From Macrostomum lignano (Eukaryota): a DNA stretch of 64,000 nt. The position numbers and the translations under genes are program-made. Location: NCBI GenBank assembly GCA_002269645.1, contig NIVC01003095.1, positions 1-64,000 of the forward strand, in the 5' to 3' direction. The notes beneath the pieces are model-generated. The model saw only the letters and a list, made by a program, of their open reading frames with translations, searched no databases and was not told the origin of the DNA. Shown here one piece after another: positions 63,370 through 64,000 of the stretch; position 1 is the first letter of the stretch; each line of letters starts with the position of its first letter.

Positions 63370-64000
63370 TTAATCAAAACTTCCAAAGCTGCTGAAACTG
63401 CCGCAGCTGCCCCAGCTGCTCAGCGAAGACCAGGAGCCATGTCGCCAGCCCATCCCATGGCCCCAGCCCATGCCGTGACCCCAGCCGCCAAACGCGCGAT
63501 GCGCAACATAGGCTCCAGCCGCTCCGGCAGCCAAGCCTACCGCAGCATTGCGCATTCCTTTGTTCTTCTTCTTTTTCTGTTTAACAACAACAACGCCGCC
63601 CGGCTGCTGTGGGTATTGCTGATACTGCTGCTGCGGCGGATGGCCGTAGGGATAGGCTGCAGCTCCACCAGCTGCTTGAGGGTAGCGCGGCTGCTGCTGG
63701 TACGGCTGCATCGGGTAGCCCACAGCGCCGCCGCCTGGTGGCGCTCCGTAATAACCGGGGCCGGAACCGCCCGGCCCAGCGTAGGTCGGCGGCGGCGGAG
63801 GCGGCGGGCCGCTATGGTGCGGTCCGGGATAGCCGCCGGAAGAACCCGGAGGCATTGGAGGACCACCGGGACCGCCGCCAATGTTGAAACCGATTGGCGG
63901 TGGACCGCCAGGGCCTCCAGGACCGCCATGGCCGCCGGGGTAAGGCGCTGGGCCGCCGGGACCACCGGGGCCTCCGTATGGCGGACCACCGTAGGGGGCA
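63370..64000 (-). CDS. Gly/Pro/Tyr/Gln-rich low-complexity protein, 3' part (5' end outside window)
   Basis: Frame stays open from the window end to TAA at 63370; GC-rich non-tandem codons; structured C-terminus KQKKKKNKGMRNAAVGLAAGAAG...GSWSSLSSWGSCGSFSSFGSFD. Confidence 0.75.
   Translation of the reverse strand, partial: APYGGPPYGGPGGPGGPAPYPGGHGGPGGPGGPPPIGFNIGGGPGGPPMPPGSSGGYPGPHHSGPPPPPPPTYAGPGGSGPGYYGAPPGGGAVGYPMQPYQQQPRYPQAAGGAAAYPYGHPPQQQYQQYPQQPGGVVVVKQKKKKNKGMRNAAVGLAAGAAGAYVAHRAFGGWGHGMGWGHGMGWRHGSWSSLSSWGSCGSFSSFGSFD

Overview
Eukaryotic (metazoan) genomic DNA with GT-AG spliced genes, GC-rich exons and introns packed with private 12-73 bp minisatellites. This architecture resembles a Macrostomum-type flatworm (inference only). 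Host genes: last exon of FNDC3 (+); a 2-exon class A peptide-type GPCR; two tandem membrane-bound histidine acid phosphatases; a 6-exon flavin amine oxidase; a 3-exon serine/aspartate racemase with a decayed partial copy; and a Gly/Pro-rich gene running off the right edge (all -). Mobile DNA: a full-length 6.7 kb CMC/EnSpm (CACTA-superfamily) transposon at 49659-56384 with 28-bp TIRs and a 2-bp TSD. It carries a frameshifted transposase and a 6-exon BEN-domain-like accessory gene that the ORF track misses. Also present are a 5'-truncated RTE-like LINE, two or three tRNA-derived SINE families and a hAT MITE. Most long ORFs in the supplied track are artefacts of tandem repeats. All coordinates were counted by hand and repeat boundaries are approximate.
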